Shown piece by piece: positions 12,035 through 25,540 of a DNA stretch of 64,000 nt; within the stretch, counting starts at the first letter, position 1, and the number at the start of each line of letters is the position of its first letter. Below the pieces are notes generated by a model that saw only the letters and a program-made list of their open reading frames with translations, ran no database searches and was not told the DNA's origin. The translations under genes and the position numbers were made by a program. Source of the DNA: Octopus sinensis (lineage: Eukaryota); assembly GCF_006345805.1 (NCBI RefSeq), contig NC_043005.1:10540001-10604000 (forward strand), read 5' to 3'.

Positions 12035-13307
12035 GGCGCAGGAGTGGCTGCGTGGTAAGTAGCTTGCTAACCAACCACATGATTCCGGGTTCAGTCCCAC
12101 TGCGTGGCACCTTGGGCAAGTGTCTTCTGCTATAGCCTTGGGCCGACCAATGCCTTGTGAGTGGATTTGGTAGACGGAAACTGAAAGAAGCCTGTCGTAT
12201 ATATGTATCGAGACCTTTGGAAATATTCTGTACGTGAGAAGACCAGGCAGGACAAGTGAGCCCAGCCCACTTATGAATGCCTTTCCTCCTTGGACACAAA
12301 GACCGGTTGAGGCAAGCGAAGTCGATATAGAACCTCATCCGACGACAGACACCCATCCAACCCCCCATGCTTGCGAGACATGTTGGGGCAAGCGAAATCG
12401 AAATCGAAATCGAAACCGAATTGAACCAGCCAGGATCCCTGGCCTGGTGGTACGTAAAAAGCACTATCCGACTCGGGGCCGTGGCACGTAAAATACCCCA
12501 ATGCGACCGTACGACAGGCACCCATGCCAACCCCCTTTGCTTGTGAGACATGTTGGGGCAAGCGAATCGAAATCGAATTGAACCAGCCAGGATCCCTGGT
12601 CTGGTGGTACGTAAAAAGCACTATCCGACTCGTGGCCGTGGCACGTAAAATACTCCAATGCGACCGTACGACAGGCACCCTTGCCAACCCCCTTTGCTTG
12701 TGAAGACATGTTGGGGCAAGCGAAATCGAAATCGAATTGAACCAGCCAGGATCCCTGGTCTGGTGGTACGTAAAAAGCACTATCCGACTCGTGGCCGATG
12801 CCAGCACCGCCTCGACTGGCTTCCGTGCCGGTGGCACATAAAATACACCAATCTGACCGTGGCCGTTGCCAGCCCCGCCTGGCACCTGTGCAGGTGGCAC
12901 GTAAAAAGCACCCACTACACTCACAGAGTGGTTGGCGTTAGGAAGGGCATCCAGCTGTAGAAACATTGCCAAATTAGACTGGAGCCTGGTGCAGCCTTCT
13001 GGCTTCCCAGAACCCCGGTCGAACCGTCCAACCCATGCTAGCATGGAGAACGGACGTTAAACGACGATGATGATGATGATGATGTATGTGTGTGTGTCTG
13101 TGTTTGTCCCCCTAGCATTGCTTGACAACCGATGCTGGTGTGTTTACGTCCCCGTCACTTAGCGGTTCGGCAAAAGAGACCGATAGAATAAGTACTGGGC
13201 TTACAAAGAATAAGTCCCAGGGTCGATTTGCTCGACTAAAGGCGGTGCTCCAGCATGGCCACAGTCAGATGACTGAAACAAGTAAAAGAGTAAAAGAGTA
13301 AAGAGTA
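12035..13307 (+). mobile_element. SINE family A split by a nested RTE insertion
   Basis: 5' half 12035-12207 and 3' half 13084-13307 are collinear with 355-747. Confidence 0.9.
12208..13083 (+). mobile_element. 5'-truncated RTE-clade LINE with tandemly repeated 3' UTR
   Basis: Begins RDLWKYSVREKTRQDK*; UTR units start at 12381, 12551 and 12709; (TGA)n tail. Confidence 0.8.
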
Positions 13308-13886
13308 ATGTAATTTGAGAAAATTTACTTTGTTGTTAAGCAATCTTCTAGAGAAGAACTGCTACACAAACCTTCTGTGATAAAAACTCATCATATTCCA
13401 TTGCTTTCAAAAAATTTTTTTAAAAATAAATAAATTGTGAAAACAGTAAAGTTATCATGTGATTTATCTTTTACTCATTTCAATCATTGGACTCTGGCCA
13501 TGCTGAGACACATCCTTGGCAGATTTTAGTTGAATAAATCAATCCCAGTCAATTATTTTTATTCAAAATCCAATATTATTTTATCAGTCTGTTACCAACC
13601 TGCTTGCAACAGTTATCAAGCAGTGAGGGACAGACAGACAGGCATATGTACACACACCATGTATACACACAAAACGTGACAAGCTCCTTTCAGTTTCCAT
13701 CTACTGAATCTATTCACAATGCTTTGGTCAGTTTGTGGCTATAATGCCCAAGATGTCTCATGCCCAAGATGCCAAGTAATGGAACTGAAGCAAACTTTTT
13801 ACATCATACCCATGCCTGCACCTATAAATTTTCAGAAAGTAAATTTTCTTAAATTGTCTTCAGAACATTTTTGCTTTACTGATATA

Positions 13887-15556
13887 CAGACATACCTCAC
13901 CCTATGTTGTTAATTGGTTCCAGGAATCATAAATTAGGTCAAAAAATGACTAAAGTTGAATTAACTTGTCTCTAGGATAGGCCAAATTTACTTGTCTCTA
14001 GGCTAAACTGATAATAACCATCCCCAGTTCTGTACTTTATTTATGAATGCATTTTCAATAATACTTGGTTAATAAAAACCTATTTTAACCCTTTAGTGTT
14101 CGCATTATTCTGCCAAAATTAATGCTATTTCATCCACATTGTTTTGAGCTAATCATGCATTATCTTGTAGCTATGAGATTTTGATGAGGAAGCTGTTAAT
14201 TTTTAAAACGATTTTGTAGGGTTGGTGTGAGAGACCAGATCTGGCCATTTTGAACATAAAACAAGCAGAAAACTTTTGGCCGGATATGGCCGGTTTAAAT
14301 GCTAAAGGGTTAAGCTTACAAACAAATAATTTTTATTTTTTAATACAGTACAGTAAAAAAAAAAGTATTCTAAATTTACAAATACGATTTGGTAGTGTTT
14401 ACCATATATCGTGGATGCTTTATTTAGGAATGCAGTTTGCAATAAGACATGGTAAAATAAAAGCCATTTCAAGCTTAAAAAACAAATTCAGTAATTATTA
14501 TTATTTTGCAATAGTAAAAAAACTACATTATTTTAAATTTACCAATACATACATACAATTTGGTAGTTTGCATTGCAGATGTAGATGGCTGTTGATTGTC
14601 AACATCAGCAGCTGACTCTGGCTGTTCTTGTTTTTTGATGCAATTAAAAGACCAGTTGAGAGTTCCTTGAACTGTTTTCTTCTTATAAGGAGCAAAAGCT
14701 TTGTGACAAGCTTCCATAATCTTGGAAAGGCATTGAGTACTTAGATCCAAATCCTTGAACATAGAAAGACCTTTTTCGATATATGCAACTGCTTGCTGCA
14801 TTTTCTTAATGATAAAGTGACGTGGCTCAGGTTCGACTTCCTCTTCTTCTTTATTTTGCTGCTCGAGAACCTCTATCCAATCTTTGTTCATCAGGGGCTG
14901 CTTGTCTTTTTCAAATAAATCTGTGAAATCCTCCTCCTCCAAATCCATTTCCAGTTCTTTGCTCGTAGTCACCAATGTTTTGTTGATGGCAACTTTATCA
15001 AACCTCTTAAAATCATTCACGAATTGTGGGCATAGCTTCTTCCATACACCATTCATAGCCTTGCTCTGTACATCATTCCATGCTACTGCTATGTTCTGTA
15101 CAGCCTTGTAGATATTGTATCTCTTCCAAAAGTCACAGTGTGTTGGACTCATCAAGATCAGGTGCAGTAATTGCTTGCCATAGTATTCGCTTCATATAGT
15201 AATGCTTGAAGACAGCAATTATTCTCTGATCCATTGGCTGCAGAAGAGACGTGGTGTTTGGAGGGAGGTATACAACAGTAACATTGGGGTCAAAATCTAT
15301 GATGTTTTGCAGGTGGCCAGGAGCATTATCTAAGATAAGTAGAACCTTAAAAGTAATCCCCTCCTCCTTACGGTATTTCTCTGCTGCTGGGATAAAATGA
15401 TTGAAGAACTAATCTTCAAAGACATCAGTAACCCATGATTTTGAATTAGCCATCCATATAACAGTGACAGATGCCTTGGGTGTGTTCTTCAGGGTACAGG
15501 GGTTGTGTGCATGATACACAAGCAATGGCTTTAACTTAAAATCTCTTGCACAAGTA
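13887..15556 (-). mobile_element. pogo/Tigger (CENP-B-like DDE) transposon fossil
   Basis: LPPNTTSLLQPMDQ motif (about 15230-15270), LILDNAPGH motif, ORF 14523-15155; Tigger-like terminus TA-CAGACATACCTC at 13887; internal stops. Confidence 0.9.
14085..14313. mobile_element. TTAA-flanked MITE (piggyBac-like)
   Basis: TTAA-CCCTTTAG ... CTAAAGGG-TTAA; related copies at 17373, 18709, 22963 and a degraded one at about 28723. Confidence 0.9.
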
Positions 15557-15565
15557 TGGTCTCAT

Positions 15566-15705
15566 TTTTACTTCGTTCTGAATGATCTCAAAATCCATCC
15601 AGCTACTTGCCTGCACAGTGTTGCTATCTTGGTAGTATGCACAAAAGATGTTGCATCATTATTCATGTAGATTCCCAAACCACACACCAACTCTGACTGT
15701 GGGAT
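15566..15705 (-). mobile_element. CR1-clade LINE fragment
   Basis: LGIYMNNDA...CRQVAGWILRSFRTK. Confidence 0.75.
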
Positions 15706-15734
15706 ATATAATATACATATATATATATGTATAT

Positions 15735-15981
15735 ATTCTTTTATTCTTTTACTTGTTTCAGTCATTTGACTGTGGCCATGATGGAGAACCACTTTTAGTC
15801 AAACAAATCGACCCCAGGACTGATTCTTTGTAAGCCTAGTACTTATTCTATTGGACTCTATTGCTGAACTACTAAGTTACAGGAATGTAAACATACCAAC
15901 ATTGGTTGTCAAGCGATGGTGGGGGAACAAACTCAGACACACAAATACATACATACATACATACATACATACATACATACA

Positions 15982-16017
<36 letters not shown>

Positions 16018-16300
16018 TATATACACACGATGGGCTTCTTTCAGTTTCCTTGTACCAAATCTACTCACAAAGCTTTGGAAACTGAAAGAAACTCTTTGTG
16101 TGTGTGTGTCCACCACTGCTTGACCACCAGTGTTGGTGTGTTTATGTCTCCATAACTTAGCAGTTTGACTAAAAGAGATCAATAGAATGAGTACCAAGTT
16201 TTACAAAGAATAATAAGAACTCATTTAACTAAAATTCTTCATGGTGGTGCCCCAGCGTGGCTACAGTCTAATGACTGAATCAAGTAAAAGGTAAAAGATA
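15735..16300. mobile_element. Two SINE family A 3' halves fused in inverted orientation, with (TACA)n
   Basis: Minus copy 15735-16075 joined to plus copy 16076-16300; TTCTTTCAGTTTCC / GGAAACTGAAAGAA flank the junction. Confidence 0.8.
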
Positions 16301-17372
16301 TATTAAGTATATTCACATTTAGAAGGTGGAGGCAAATTTTGGTAAAACAAATTTTCGTCAATATCCTTGGTTTTTCTAATATTATTAGTTTTATTCAATA
16401 TTCTATCTTCCTTTATCTAACTCTTCTACATATCCCCGTTTTCATATGTGTTAGTAAAATGTACTATAATACTTTTTCTGAAATATGTCCATATCAGGCC
16501 AGCAAAGAAAGCAAATGTAGAAAAATTTTGATGTTGTTGATTTTGAACAACATTCTCTGTTTTAATCTTATCTCCGTCTGAAAATGTATATTTTCTAATT
16601 AAAAAATCTACACCTATATTACTCCTATTTTCTTGATTTTTTTTCCTTTGTATAAAGGAACCTCCATGAGTAATTAAATACATACAACATACACTGGAAA
16701 CATATTTACATTACAAAACCATTTCAAATAATTCTGTGATGTAAATATATAAGATAATAAATGCAGTATTTGCCTAATTAAGTACATGATTAATTATCCA
16801 AATGGAACTTGCTTTTGCAATCACTTTGACATTGCTTGTTTTTGAAGCTCTCATCAGCTTACAAATAATTTGTACATATTCTTTGCTCCAGGCACAAAAA
16901 CCAATTTCGTTAGGGGTAGTGAGTTTAATCAATCAAATTGACCCACTATTTTATTGATCTCAGAGTGATGGAAACCAAAATCAACACTGTTGAGATTTAA
17001 ACGCAGAATAGTTAAACACTAAAAGTAGGTAATATAAAGCATCTAGGCCAACTTTCTACAACTTTCCGCTGCTTCACCTCGTAAATGTTTAGATGTTCCA
17101 ACCATGACCATCTATTTTTAGTGTATCCATGACCACGTTATCCCATATGTCATTCCTTTCTTTACACAACAGTGCAATTGAGAGAGATTTAGCTGCTATT
17201 GTAGGCAATGAGGAACAAGAATCACACAAGTTTTAAAAACAAAATAATATCATGTCGTTTTGTCGAGCTGAGATTAGAGGAAGGGTCATTGTCCAGGACC
17301 CTTGCATCTCTGAGATCAGTGAGCTTGATGCCATTATTGCTTTGTTTAAACTGTTGCAAGTCAACACCTTCA

Positions 17373-17600
17373 TTAACCCCTTAGTGTTCAGATTACTCTG
17401 TTAAATGTAATACTTTTTCACTCAAATTGTTTTGAATTAATCATGCATTATGTTATATCTTTGAGGTTTCAATGATGTGATTGTCTATTTTTAGAATGTC
17501 AATGTAGGTTAGGTGTAAGAGGCTGGATATGGCCAGTTTGAATATAAAACATGTAGAATATCTGGGCCAGAAATGGCCGGTTTAAACACTAAAGGGTTAA
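17373..17600. mobile_element. TTAA-flanked MITE
   Basis: TTAA TSDs, CCC..GGG termini, similar to 14085-14313. Confidence 0.9.
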
Positions 17601-18708
17601 AGGTATGAGCTGTGGGAAGATCCCAGAGAAATTTCCTGGGAAGAAAAAATAACGGCAGTGCCAAAGGTGTTGAACACTAAGAGTCACACGAATAAGAAAG
17701 ACAAAAATGTTGGAGCTGCTTGAATAGTGGCAGCATGAGACCAACTAGCTCTGATGAACAAAGTCTGTGAAAGTAGCAATAGCAAAGACAAAAGAGGAGA
17801 TTGTACTTGTGTGGGCCGGAGACTGTAGTGTGTCCATTAGTGATTGAATTCCAGTTAGTCAAGTAGCTCTTCTCTAGATGTCCCTGTGACTGTACGTCCA
17901 AAACAGTGCTCCGTGATACACTGGGGTTCAGTGAGGTGCAGCTAGGTACACAGCTAAAACATCAAAGTCATATTTATAAATGTGAAAATTACAGAATGAA
18001 ATTCTAAAAATAAAGTCTTCATGACAATGTTTCATTGACTGAATAGGTATGTAATAATTTTCTGCAGTTTAAATTATTTGTTAACTAATATATAAATATA
18101 TAAATATGTAAATACTTTCCCTTAAACCATTTTTTCCTTTGTGCTCAAAGTGTACTAAAATATTTTTATTTGCTCTGTTATGAATTGCCCCATATTTGTT
18201 TGTAGCCTTTGTAGTTTCTTATAAAAAGAAATCAGTTTAAACAGTAACGAAGATGACAATTAGAATATCTGTAACTTCCTGTGGTTTGGTAGAGAAAATA
18301 TTGAAGACAACAGGTCAAGTAAGCATGGAGCTTGTCAAGATTAGCTTCAGAGGTGACCTTTGTGGTATACTGTTATCGTGTTTTTCAGTATCAACTGTTC
18401 TACTTTAGGGAGAAGAAAGCCTTTATATGAACAAATTGATGAAATTTATATAATATCAGTTAGTATGTATGTAGCTTGTTACTATGATAACCTCTATGTC
18501 AATCTGAAGGTAATACATTGGAAATAGGTTCAATTTTAGAAGAACAGTTTAATAACTTAATCTTCAAATTTCATATTTATCAATGGTATGTCCTAAACAT
18601 TTTTATAAATCTTAAAATTTATTTTTTTAGCCATCCAATTCATATTGGTTAAGTGCAAAGATATGAATCTTTGACCAGAGACTGATATTCATTTGTACTG
18701 TAAAATAT

Positions 18709-18936
18709 TTAACCCATTAGCATTCAGATTACTCTGTCAAATGTAAAGCCTGTTTAATCACATTGTTTTAAATTAATTGTACAGCATCTTGTAACTCTGA
18801 GATTTTGATGATGTCTCTGTTTATTTTTAGAATGACTTTGTAGGGTAGGTGCGAGAGGTCAGAGCTGGCTGGTTTGAGCATATAACAGGAAGACAATTTT
18901 GGCCTGGTATGGCCGGTTTAAACACTAATGGGTTAA
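18709..18936. mobile_element. TTAA-flanked MITE
   Basis: TTAA-CCCATTAG ... CTAATGGG-TTAA. Confidence 0.9.
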
Positions 18937-20222
18937 AACAACTTTTGCTTGACACATACATTTTGCTTGTAGACAAAGGTCTGATTTTCCCCTGAAGTAT
19001 ATAAAATAATTTAGTGAAACTAATCAATTTCTTGAAATCAGTTCCTCTTTTCTTTGGGAGTCACTAACAATTACTGCTAGATTTTTGTTTTCATCCTGCA
19101 ACTAAGATGGAAATTTCAGTTGTAAATCAAATTCTTTTTGCATATATCATACATATTTGTCTTTATTCAATGCAATTAGCAGTCTGGATGTATTTCCCTA
19201 AGATCAGTAACTTTTTTAATTACAATTATACACACACACTCATACACACACACTCATACACACCATTTGTGCACCCTTACATTTATAAGATATTATATAC
19301 ACATACTATAACACAATACATATTAATAAGTAGGATTCTGTGATAATTTTATTGTTTATAACTAACAAATTATCAATATATTAATAGTATTCTACCTTTA
19401 TTTCAAATAAACTCTGTAATGTTCATTCTGATTTAAGATTGTTGGAAGTATTTTGATTTTCATTGTCTATCACTTTTAATTGAAAATCCCTGAAAACATA
19501 CAATCAAATCTTACATAAATTTCTGAAAGAAATATTATAAAATTAACATTAACAATATATGTAAAATCTTGTTAAAATATATGTAGAATTCTAAAACTGT
19601 ATGTGTAAGTGTTATTTATTTGCATTAGAGTTTCCATATTTTCACTTATTTTTCCATAGTATTTAACAAATTATTATATAAAATCAGTATAGAATATGTG
19701 TAATAAGTATCTAATATTTCATTATCATTATATATTCTCAGTACATAAAATTCATCTATTACAATTATAATGTTGCCCCAGCATGGCCTTAGCCTCTAGT
19801 GGTAACGAGGAAAGTAGAAGTGTTTGTATGAAGCATTAAAGAATAGTAAACCTTGCAAAACTGCTAATGCTTTACTGAAAAACATTAAATAATAGCAATG
19901 TTACAATTATATTATCTTAGGTCTCAGACAAGCAGCTACTATGTAAAAAGAAATTTGTATCACAGCAACCAGTAGCTCTGCTCTGTTTCCACTGACAGAT
20001 CAGCAAGTGATCTACTATTATATATTGATTCCAAATGGTCTATTTTCATAGAATACGATGATAAAAACCTAACAAATCATTCCTGAGACCAAACAATCAT
20101 ATTAAGCCACACACAAAAACAGGCTACAGTTTCTTGAGATAGCTGACTGATTTTGTGGCAATGTCTACTAATGAATGAAATTGTACCTCAAATCAATGTT
20201 ACCAAGGCAGAAATCCTTTTAC

Positions 20223-20325
20223 CTATATTTCTTTAATCAGTTCATCACTAAACTACTTTCTTTTGACCAGAGTGTTTAGTTTGATGTTTTCATTTAATCA
20301 CAATGAGTACATAAATATATATCTC
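20223..20325 (-). ncRNA. Candidate exon of a minus-strand transcript (may instead run on as a terminal exon to about 19350)
   Basis: Very long T-rich tract ending TTTTCAG|GAG; possible donor TAG|GTAAAA; stops in all three frames. Confidence 0.3.
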
Positions 20326-21140
20326 CTGAAAAAAAAAAATAAATAATGATAAAAATAAATAAATGAAAAATAAGAACTTCCTTGTAGAACATGATACCAT
20401 TTCAAACTCTATCAGATTTATATCCATTCAGTAGGTCAGAGAATCGCCTAAAGCTAGTGGACAAAACATTCATTTTAAGATGAAGCTCACATTAATGGAG
20501 GTAGTATAGTATGTCCAGAAAGATATTGTTCCTACTACTACAGTGTGTCAATTGTATAAGGAAACTCTGTAAAACTACTTCTGCAATTTAGCTGAATCTT
20601 CTTATACATTTGATTATCAATTACTTCTACAGTTGCTAATCAATCTTTGTTATGTTTTTTTATATATTTCACAGAAGGGTTAGTCCACCATTAACTTTCC
20701 TTCTTGATTGAAACATTTCACTTCACTCCTGCGATTAATGTCTTTTTGGAAATAGTTAAAATATTACAGATTTTTTTCAGTACTATTGAATTTTGTTTCT
20801 TCAGTTTATATTACTCCAGATGAATACATTTTATAAATATAAGTCGTTACCCAGTCAGATAGATAATATTCTTTATTTAACAAGTTATTTACTTGTTCAA
20901 ACAATAATATTTAGTCTTGTTTCTAAACCATCAGTTTTGGAGTTTTTAATTTCACCAGCTTTAGTTTCAGTCATTCTATCAATTCTCAGCTTGATATATT
21001 TTTTACATAACTGGTTTATGGTCGAAGAGAAGTCTATGGCTATGAGATAGCAATAACTGCAGTTAAAAATTCAGCCTAATTGCAGATTAAAGTGTGAAAG
21101 AAAGATATTAACTGGGAGAGAATATGGGAAAAGGAAAGAT

Positions 21141-21548
21141 TGGAGTGGTTGTGTGGTAAGTAGCTTGCTAACCAACCACATGGTTCCGGGTTCAGTCCCA
21201 CTGCATGGCATCTTGGGCAAGTGTCTTCTGCTATAGCCCCGGGCTGACCAATGCCTTGTGAGTGGATTTGGTAGACGGAAACTGAAAGAAGACTGTCGTA
21301 TATATGTATGCATATATATATAGATGTGTATGTGTGTGTGTTTGTCCCCCTAACATTGCTTGACAACCGATGCTGGTGTGTTTATGTCCCCATCACTTAG
21401 CGGTTCGGCAAAAGAGACTGATAGAATAAGTACTGGGCTTACAAAGAATAAGTCCCGGGGTAGATTTGCTCGACTAAAGGTGGTGCTCCAGCATGGCCGC
21501 AGTCAAATGACTGAAACAAGTAAAAGAGAGAGATAAAAGAGAGAGAGT
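21141..21548 (+). mobile_element. SINE family A
   Basis: Collinear with 355-747. Confidence 0.9.
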
Positions 21549-22962
21549 ATTTTGTATAAAATCTGAGGATGATGTATTAGCGAGGAAGAGAAGTTGGTGC
21601 AACAGATGCATTCAGCAGGTAGGAGTCTGTTGCATTTGGAAGTCCACAGGAAGATTGTTCATTGAAGTAGTTGCAGATCTACTCAGATATATTTAAATAT
21701 TTACTAAAACATGATAATTTTTATGACAAATAAATATATTACTTTTTTACAGTGTTTATTTTAAGCAAAATATTTTCAACATTAAAAAAGTATCAGATTT
21801 GAAGCTATTTTTGTAAAATGAATAATTAAAGAAAGTACATATTTTTAGAAACAGATATGATGTCTCTGATGTGAAAGGAAGGGGAAATCATGAATTGGCA
21901 AATTTTATATTTCTTCCTAAATACATTGGCACAGCATAGATGTATCTATGTACAAATAAGTACTACAATATGTATCTTGTAGTACTTATTTCAACTCTCT
22001 GCACTTTGATAAATCCTGTTGAAGTTAGCTTTGCACCTTTCATCCTTTCAGATTTGATTTTTTAAAAATGCCAATCCAAAGCAGTGTAAGAACATTGAAC
22101 TAAATGCTTTGTAGTATTTGTTCTGGCTCCTTGCATTCTGAGTTAAATCCCACCATGGCTTACACAAATGGTAGACTTAATCTGTTTCCTGATTCAATAC
22201 ACCACCAGCCACATTGAATTCCTTTAGCAAAGTCCTCTCTGGTGCAAATTCTCAGTCTAGCTCTCTAGTACCATTCTTCCTCCCTCTCACCAATCTCAGA
22301 GACCCTGTAAAGGCTCATGAGCATTGTCCTCCCTCCTATCTAAAAGAAAAAAGAAAAGTATCAAGTATTACATTATCAAATAAATGTGTCACCCTTTTTT
22401 TAAGATGGTAGAGTGGAGACTTGGTTACTATTTCTTGTAGTTTGAGCATCTAGATAGAAGCCTTCATTTGAATGCACCATTAAGTTTAATCCCTGTATCA
22501 TCCAATATGTTTTTTGATTTTACTGATGGATAATATATTTTAAGGATCATTAGGCTACTATTTCTTGCAGGTCAAGCCATCAAGGCTTCCATACTGGTCT
22601 GTAGTTTATAATTTTAAAACTAATGGCAGGAACTGTAAGAGAGAAGTAAGATCCCAGTAAAGGCAGTTATTCTCTTAGTTTTTGATTCACTTTTACGAGA
22701 CCAAAGATTTCTGAGGCAGTATCCATATCACACTTTTACACAACAAGGATAAATGAAGCTCTGACAAGAGGACATTGCACTGGATAATTTACTGTAATCA
22801 GTTTGTTACTAGATTGGTAGTTTACAGTTATGAGTTCAAAATATTACCAGAGTCAAGTGTAACTATCACTTCGGTTTTTATTTTACTAATTTAGTCTGAG
22901 GAGGAATGGCTACTGAGACGAATGGAGAAATGGAAGAACAAATCATGACGCATTGTTTCTCC

Positions 22963-23191
22963 TTAACCCTTTAGCATTTAAACCCGCCATATCCGGCTAA
23001 AAGTATTCTACCTGTTTTATGTTCAAACAGGCCAGATCTGGTCTCTCACACCAACCCTACAATATCTTTTAAAAAATTAACAGCTACCTCACCAAAATCT
23101 CATAGCTACAAGATAATACATGATTAGTTCAAAACAATGAGGGCGGAAAAGCATTAATTTTGGCAGAATAATGCAAACACTAAAGGGTTAA
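22963..23191. mobile_element. TTAA-flanked MITE, inverted relative to the 14085 copy
   Basis: TTAA TSDs; interior is the close reverse complement of 14085-14313. Confidence 0.9.
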
Positions 23192-23516
23192 AATGTAGAT
23201 CTGGTCTGAAATGCAGCTGAGTGGATTATGTTGAGGACAGACAAGAGCCAATCAGTGGCAATGCTAATACAAGTGACAGATTTAGTCTACCACCCATTAG
23301 ATACATTATCAACTTGTTGAAAAGTTAGTTGGTAAAAGCATCAATGCTTTCCAGGGTTGATAATAATCCTGTTTCAGTTACATTTATTTATCTCTCTTAC
23401 AAAATAGATTTTGAGTTTGGACCAAGACGTAAGAAATCAATTTTAAAAGAAAAAAAGAAAGAATGGAAAGGAAAGGAAGAAATGCTTTTAGCTTTTATGC
23501 TGCCTGATGGTAAAAA

Positions 23517-23747
23517 GGCGGCGAGCTGGCAGAAACGTTAGCATGCTGGGCGAAATGCTTAGCGGTATTTCGGCTGCCGTTACGTTGTGAGTTCAAATTC
23601 CGCTGAGGTCGACTTTGCCTTTCATCCTTTCAGGGTCGATAAATTAAGTACCAGTTACGCACTGGGGTCGATGTAATCGACTTAATACCTATGTCTGTGG
23701 TTGTTTGTCCCCTCTATGTTTAGCCCCTTGTGGGTAATAAAGAAATA
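23517..23747 (+). mobile_element. SINE family B
   Basis: Full length; GGTAAAAA duplicated on both sides. Confidence 0.9.
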
Positions 23748-24315
23748 GGTAAAAAGGTATAATAGGACTTTTTTGATGTTAAGCCTGTCCAGGCTTGATT
23801 GAGCAGATTTATGATCAAAAGTATTCTACCAATGACCTCACTGTCAAACAGTTTACCTAGGACTATGTTAGCCAATGTGTTTCTTTTTTTTCTTTTTCAA
23901 GTCAGCAGAATGTAGTTTGGGTTTAAGATTTGGCTAGTACCTCTAGCAAATTGAGCAACCATGAAGAAGCTTCAATTGTTAGGTCGATAATATGATTGCT
24001 GTTCAAGAAAATATTAGTGCATTAACGATAATTTTTCAACAAGTGGTTGATAACATAGCTAATGATTCTAGTTTCTCAGTAGATATTGGTTGACGTGTGT
24101 AATTGAATGCTTTACAACTAACTCAGTTTTTATCAATATTACTGAACTGTTTAACATATCGTCTGCAAATATATTCTGTTTCACTTCTTATTGGAGTCAA
24201 GATTCTTATCTTGTTTCTCATTGTTAATTCAGTCATAGGAAATTTATAATATATGCATATTTATTCATTTTATTTGTTTTGTTTTTTTTTTGTTTTCTTT
24301 TCTTTTTTGCTTTAG

Positions 24316-24340
24316 AGCTGCATTACAATCGTTAACTTAG
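24316..24340 (+). CDS. Possible terminal exon (phase 2 reads AALQSLT*) followed by a 3' UTR-like unique region to about 24850
   Basis: About 45-nt polypyrimidine tract ending TTTTTTGCTTTAG; all frames close within 36 nt; downstream sequence is unique, retains CpGs and has AATAAA at about 24519. Confidence 0.3.
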
Positions 24341-25264
24341 ATTCATCTTAGGTTCATTATATATGTCTGCTGCAGTAACAGAATCATACACATCGTGTTT
24401 TTATTTTTTTATTAATATTATTCATGTTATTGTTACATGTTGGTGTTGTTGTGTTGCTATGAAATTCGCTTTCATTTCCATAGATAAGTTTATCCCCTCA
24501 TCAGATGCCCGTGTGGCAAATAAAACAAATATTTGTTGTTGTTATTGTTATTATCATTATTAGTGGTAGTAGTGGCACATTACTTTAGACTGGGTCTTTG
24601 GATTCATATCATATTTTGTGTTAGATAAAAATCAGTTAATTTCCTCCTGTCTTTTGTTTAACTGCAGTAACGTCAAGTGCCTAACAGCTGCAAACTCGGC
24701 TTCGTCATTATTTGTATTCCTTCTGTCAGAATATGAAACAAACATTTTTGCAAGTGAGAGGTGTCAAGCATTTCATCCAAGTAAATCACTTTGTTTGGCT
24801 TGTATAATTATCAGTGCATTGAGTGGATTATAATACCTTATATTTTTTAATTTCAATTTATTTCATTTTCACATTGAATTTTCTCTTATTGAATTTTTTG
24901 TTTTTGGGAACGTGTATGTATATTTGGTGCACAGCCCAGAATAACATTAGTGTTTCAAGTCAATGGGAAAGAGAAGAGCCTACCAAGTTGCTTAACCAGC
25001 TAGAAATAGCAGCTAAATTCTTTTAACTCACATCCAAGTGTCTTAAAAAACAAACACATTGGCTTGTAGATTCAAGTATGTTTATATATAGTTTCACATA
25101 TGTAGATTCAAATATACAAAAAGATGAGAAAGTTATAGATGGAAAGCCTTTGATTATACGATGGCTCAATCAAGGCTGACCTGGTGCTAAAGAACAACAC
25201 CAGGTTTTTGAGTATTTTTAGCAGACTTCACATTTTGCTAGCATTCAAGTCAAATCTATTTTTT

Positions 25265-25540
25265 CATCATCATCATCGTTTAACGTCCGCTTTCCATGCT
25301 AGCATGGGTTGGATGGTTCAACTGGGGTCTGGGAAGCCCGAAGGCTGCACCAGGCCAGTCAGATCTGGCAGTGTTTCTACAGCTGGATGCCCTTCCTAAA
25401 GCCAACCACTCTGTGAGTGTAGTGGGTGCTTTTTATGTGCCACCGACACAGGTGCCAGACGAGGCTGGCGAACGGCCACGTTCGGATGGTGTTTTTTTTT
25501 TGTGCCACGGACACAGGTGCCAGACAAGGCTGGCGAACGT
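25265..25540 (-). mobile_element. RTE 3' UTR fragment (family D)
   Basis: (CAT)n-CGTTTAACGTCCG...CTGGATGCCCTTCCTAA, reverse complement of 1786-2163. Confidence 0.85.

Noticed and set aside
12381-12900. Repeat-spacer look suggestive of a CRISPR array
   Set aside because: Spacers are themselves homologous, the context is eukaryotic, and there are no cas genes.
11967-13044. Longest non-satellite ORFs (194-257 aa) and their homologue at 1630-2127
   Set aside because: Antisense readings of the GC-rich RTE 3' UTR tandem modules.
17745-17790. CTGATGA-ACA-AAGTC-TGT-GAAA hammerhead-like core
   Set aside because: No properly placed UH triplet or helix I; cannot be distinguished from chance.
20400-21960. 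Possible degraded P/THAP9-like transposase on the minus strand around a SINE
   Set aside because: Only a faint NGGL..PS-like motif amid many stops; too weak to call.
24465-24515. Minus-strand CTGATGA plus small hairpin plus GAAA; also considered SECIS or C/D snoRNA
   Set aside because: Helix registers do not fit a hammerhead; no SECIS apical AA/quartet geometry and no D box with terminal stem.
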